Assembly: GCA_041740355.1 (NCBI GenBank)
Contig: JBGSMD010000018.1
Location: forward strand, 1 to 29,058
DNA: 29,058 nucleotides
DNA from: Bdellovibrionota bacterium
GTDB lineage: Bacteria > Bdellovibrionota_C > UBA2361 > CALJRW01
Direction: 5' to 3'
Shown here: positions 25,820 through 29,058 of the stretch, piece after piece
Layout of the letters: each line of letters begins with the position of its first letter
How positions within the stretch are numbered: the first letter of the stretch is position 1
The notes under the pieces: generated by a model
Databases searched by the model: none
Seen by the model: only the letters and a program-made list of their open reading frames with translations
What the model was told of the DNA's origin: nothing
Position numbers and translations under genes: made by a program

Positions 25820-26977
25820 ATGAATACAAAAATTCATTTATCTATAATTTTTTCTTTTATTACATCTTTATCTTTAACTTCTAGCCTTTTTGCATATGAA
25901 GGTGATATTCCTGTTCAGATTAGCGAAGGAAGTCCATTTTACTGTTTAGCTAATGCTGAATATGGAAATGGTTTGGCAAAGTTTGATGGAACAAGGTTAG
26001 CAGAGATTGGCCTTAATAATAAAATCGGAAGACTACTTAATTTAATTAGAAATATTACAAGAGAGATAGTAGCCGCTCGGGAAGATGGGAACTCAACATT
26101 AGTTCTACGCTTAAAATCAAATCGTATAAAGAAAAAAAATCTACGCAATATTTTAATAGAATGTCAAAATCAGTCAGGGATCTTTGATCCACTTGCCGCC
26201 ACTCCTGATGTCCCAACTCAACCAGAGACTCCCATCGATCCAGATACAGGCGAAACAGCTTGTTCGATTATTGGAAATAATAACTCCTTAAATCTTAAAC
26301 TTTATCGAAGTTTTCCTAAGATTATTAATGGATCTGCCTGCGTAGTTGGAAATAGCCCAACAGTGGAATTAGAATTATTTGTTGCTGGACGTAATGATGG
26401 TTTCTGCACTGGGACTGTAGTAAATCCAACTACAGTAATCACTGCTGCTCATTGTGCTCAAGGAATAAGTTCGATTAAAATTTATTATGGATCAGGGGTA
26501 ATTACTAGCAGTTCTATTCACGTCCACCCTGATTATGAATCTACTAATGATCTACAAGATCATGATGTAGCGGTAATCAGAACAAGCTCTGAGATTCCAA
26601 CACGTACTGTAAATATTCTCTCCGGAAATAATTTAACAGTAAATGAATTGGGATTTATTGGTGGATATGGCCTAAGCAATGGTTCCAATAATAATAGTAG
26701 TGGAACTCTTCGAGCCGCTACTGTTTTACTAGATACCGTAGCTGGAAATTCAATTGGCACTGTTTACACAGCAGGCAATACTCATGGAAATACTTGTAGT
26801 GGAGATTCTGGTGGTCCACTACTAGTTAAAAGAAATGGTTCTTGGGTTTTAGCCGGAGTAACATCTAATGGTGTTTCCAGGTTTTGTACTCCAACAGACT
26901 TTTCTTACTATGCCAATTTAACTAGTACTAGTAATAGGAATTTCATTAATGGAATTGTTCCTAATTTGATAAATTAA
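25820..26977 (+). CDS. Secreted trypsin-like (S1) serine protease with N-terminal pro-region
   Basis: Signal peptide; IING mature N-terminus; catalytic triad TAAHC, HDVAV, GDSGGP. Confidence 0.93.
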   Translation: MNTKIHLSIIFSFITSLSLTSSLFAYEGDIPVQISEGSPFYCLANAEYGNGLAKFDGTRLAEIGLNNKIGRLLNLIRNITREIVAAREDGNSTLVLRLKSNRIKKKNLRNILIECQNQSGIFDPLAATPDVPTQPETPIDPDTGETACSIIGNNNSLNLKLYRSFPKIINGSACVVGNSPTVELELFVAGRNDGFCTGTVVNPTTVITAAHCAQGISSIKIYYGSGVITSSSIHVHPDYESTNDLQDHDVAVIRTSSEIPTRTVNILSGNNLTVNELGFIGGYGLSNGSNNNSSGTLRAATVLLDTVAGNSIGTVYTAGNTHGNTCSGDSGGPLLVKRNGSWVLAGVTSNGVSRFCTPTDFSYYANLTSTSNRNFINGIVPNLIN

Positions 26978-27005
26978 TATGAAGTGATCTATAGAGTTCG
27001 CTTCA

Positions 27006-27962
27006 TTATTTTGCTCTAATTGATTCTAAAGAATTATTCTGCATTTTGCTTGTACCTAATTCTGTAATTACAGATCCTAAAAATAGCAATATCAAGCTAG
27101 CAATTAATCCACCTGTCGGTAGTAAATTAAACGAGAATGACGATAAAGCTAAAGAGCAAAATGGAAGTGCGTGAGAAAATAAATTAATTCTTGTTATATC
27201 TCCATGACGCATGGCATAATCCCAACAAAGATAAGCAATTAATGGGGCCACTCCCATAAATACAATTAGGACAATAATTACATTGCTCCACTTCGCAGGA
27301 TGATAAAAGAAGATTTGAAAAATTACCATCAATATACCTGACGCGCACATATAGAATGGAGTCAAATTAATATCGGGAAGTATCTCCTGTTGCTTCTTTG
27401 CCATGCCCGAAAATAGTGCCCAACTAATTGCTGCACCAAATGCTAAGAACTGTGGAATAGTTCCTCCTAGTTCCTCTGCTTGGTTAGCTGACTGTGATAA
27501 ATAAGTTATTAAAAAAGGTAAAAAGCTACCAATATGAGCAAGTACTACTCCACTAATAAGAAATAACCAGCGAACTTTATTTCTATTAATTAGATTTCCA
27601 AACAGAATTGTTAGCGATGGCCAGAGATAATTAATCATTGTCACTTGAAGGATGCTTGTTCTATTTTCAGCCAGGTTAATCGCCAGATATAAGCAATTCA
27701 CATAAGCAACGAAAAGAATTGCTCTAATTATTATAGTTAAGGAAAGCAACCTATAGAAATCTAATAAATAATTTCGTCTTCTAAAATTTAAGAATCCTAA
27801 TATACTACCAGTTAAAAAAATTAATGCTCCCGCACTAAAAGATCCAAGAGCCTCACAAAGTATCCGTGCTAACGGAATGGTAGAACTCCAAATAATCACA
27901 GAAAACATACCGCTAATGCTTGCTTGGTTACTTTGAAATAATTTAACTGTTCTTTTATTCAT
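27006..27962 (-). CDS. yddG: DMT/EamA transporter, YddG-like aromatic amino acid exporter
   Basis: 10 TM helices; IWSSTI, MINYLWPSLTILF, AYLCWD.AM.HG. Confidence 0.82.
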   Translation of the reverse strand: MNKRTVKLFQSNQASISGMFSVIIWSSTIPLARILCEALGSFSAGALIFLTGSILGFLNFRRRNYLLDFYRLLSLTIIIRAILFVAYVNCLYLAINLAENRTSILQVTMINYLWPSLTILFGNLINRNKVRWLFLISGVVLAHIGSFLPFLITYLSQSANQAEELGGTIPQFLAFGAAISWALFSGMAKKQQEILPDINLTPFYMCASGILMVIFQIFFYHPAKWSNVIIVLIVFMGVAPLIAYLCWDYAMRHGDITRINLFSHALPFCSLALSSFSFNLLPTGGLIASLILLFLGSVITELGTSKMQNNSLESIRAK

Positions 27963-28031
27963 TACAATCTAATAAAAAATGGTTTGCTTAAATCTTATGA
28001 AGGGATTAAATTGAGTGGCAAAGATCATCCT

Positions 28032-28051
28032 ATGGTGATAGTAATCACCAT
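28032..28051. promoter_or_regulatory. Palindromic operator candidate between divergent yddG and TrmB genes
   Basis: ATGGTGAT-AGTA-ATCACCAT, perfect 8-4-8 inverted repeat. Confidence 0.6.
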
Positions 28052-28064
28052 TTAATAATGAATT

Positions 28065-28811
28065 ATGTATACTGAACTATTGCAGCAGCTGGGACTTCCT
28101 AAAAACGAAGCTTTAATTTATGAAACATTGATTAGATTTGGAGAATCAGGAGTAGCCATGATTGCAGCTAAATCTGCGGTTAATCGAAGGAACGTTTATG
28201 ATTCACTAAAAAGACTACAAGAAAGAGGTTTGGCTTTTGAGACTAAAGGCCTGCGGGAATCCATCTATCAAGCAGTTGAGCCAAGAAAGCTCTTAGAAAT
28301 TATCCAAGAAAAAGAGCGTCTGCTAACTGCTCACCTACAAAATCTAGAGAAACTTTATCACGAATCCCCCATTCAACAGTCAGTTCATCTCTATCGAGGC
28401 ATTGAAGGTTGGAAAAATGTGATGCGTGATATTATTCTGACGAAGGAACAATACCATTGTATAGGTGGCAAGGGAGGCTGGCTTGAACCAAGAATTACTG
28501 GATTTAGTAACTGGTTTTTAAAAGAACTTAAGTCAAATAAGATTAAGTCGTACGTACTATTCGATCAAGAATTAAAGAAAAAGCAGCATCCAATCACAAG
28601 TTTAGTAGGAAAGAATTATCGTTATCTTCCTAAAGGTGCCTCCTCTCAAGCCTCAATTGAAATCTTTGGTGATCGAGTTGTATTGGTAAGCGACCTTAAT
28701 CCAGGAAAATTTGAGAATGATTTTACCCTGACCGTCAATATAAATCAGCAATTAGCAGACGCCTTTCGTGCTTGGTTCAAAGTTCTCTGGGATGGTTCCG
28801 AATTAGCTTAA
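28065..28811 (+). CDS. TrmB-family HTH transcriptional regulator
   Basis: LGL..NEA.IY..L..G, NRRNVYDSL.RL.ERGL, YQAVEP, Y.GIEG, IEIFGDRV, F..LW. Confidence 0.9.
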   Translation: MYTELLQQLGLPKNEALIYETLIRFGESGVAMIAAKSAVNRRNVYDSLKRLQERGLAFETKGLRESIYQAVEPRKLLEIIQEKERLLTAHLQNLEKLYHESPIQQSVHLYRGIEGWKNVMRDIILTKEQYHCIGGKGGWLEPRITGFSNWFLKELKSNKIKSYVLFDQELKKKQHPITSLVGKNYRYLPKGASSQASIEIFGDRVVLVSDLNPGKFENDFTLTVNINQQLADAFRAWFKVLWDGSELA

Positions 28812-28919
28812 GTTAATTAAATTGCTAAAATATAGAATTTCCTCTGGCTTCTTTTTGAACCTTCAAAGCCCTTTCAGGTTTTCCACTCCAACAGTCCTTT
28901 CTTACTAAGGCAATTTCAC

Positions 28920-29058
28920 TATAGGGAGTCCAAAAAATAAATTACGTTAAGAGAGGATAAGCTTTCAAAAGCAATCTGACGAATTGAGTTTGTGAATTAA
29001 TTCCTAAATTTTTTTGGTATATCGTCTTTACCTGAATAGGTGACTAGGATTAGTGGTA
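28920..29058. mobile_element. End of another TATAG-family element, truncated by window end
   Basis: TATAGGGAGTCCAAAAAATAAATTAC (28920-28945) is the reverse complement of the MITE right TIR with 1 mismatch; the interior differs. Confidence 0.7.

Noticed and set aside
5072-26760. Short shadow ORFs (5072, 7815, 9834, 9855, 9973, 10774, 15636, 16335, 18229, 19378, 19490, 19993, 20429, 23980, 24765, 25410, 25939, 26560)
   Set aside because: They overlap better-supported genes in antisense or alternative frames and have no motifs
28908-28930. T7-promoter-like TCACTATAGGGAG (and GACTCACTATA in the MITE ends)
   Set aside because: Lacks TAATACG, has no vector context, and is explained by the MITE TIR

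Overview
AT-rich bacterial chromosomal window, probably from a Gram-negative environmental lineage. The lipoproteins, VCBS protein, S1 protease and many orphans suggest a Bdellovibrionota/deltaproteobacterial-type genome, but this is inference only. It holds about 25 CDSs, mostly accessory: a RimK-associated aspartic-type protease, MFS/SBF/EamA transporters, an expanded ATP-grasp protein, an alpha/beta hydrolase, a three-lipoprotein operon, a degenerate Hanks kinase, RlpA, a multidomain membrane-anchored GH24 lysozyme, YqjF, an ankyrin protein, an amphi-Trp protein, a trypsin-like protease and a TrmB regulator. The standout is a tight minus-strand three-gene operon (25114->20172). It encodes a TelA-like coiled-coil protein, an atypical ClpB-like AAA+ protein (no N-domain, degenerate NBD1, intact NBD2) and a membrane protein with a Cys-containing DUF1523-like domain, and is a candidate dedicated membrane-remodelling or stress/defence system. 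Intergenic DNA holds a TATAG-ended MITE family (3 long copies, several mini copies, one end at the window edge), an IS982-like palindromic MITE and REP-like ~30 bp palindromes, one nested inside a MITE. No rRNA, tRNA, CRISPR array or transposase was seen.
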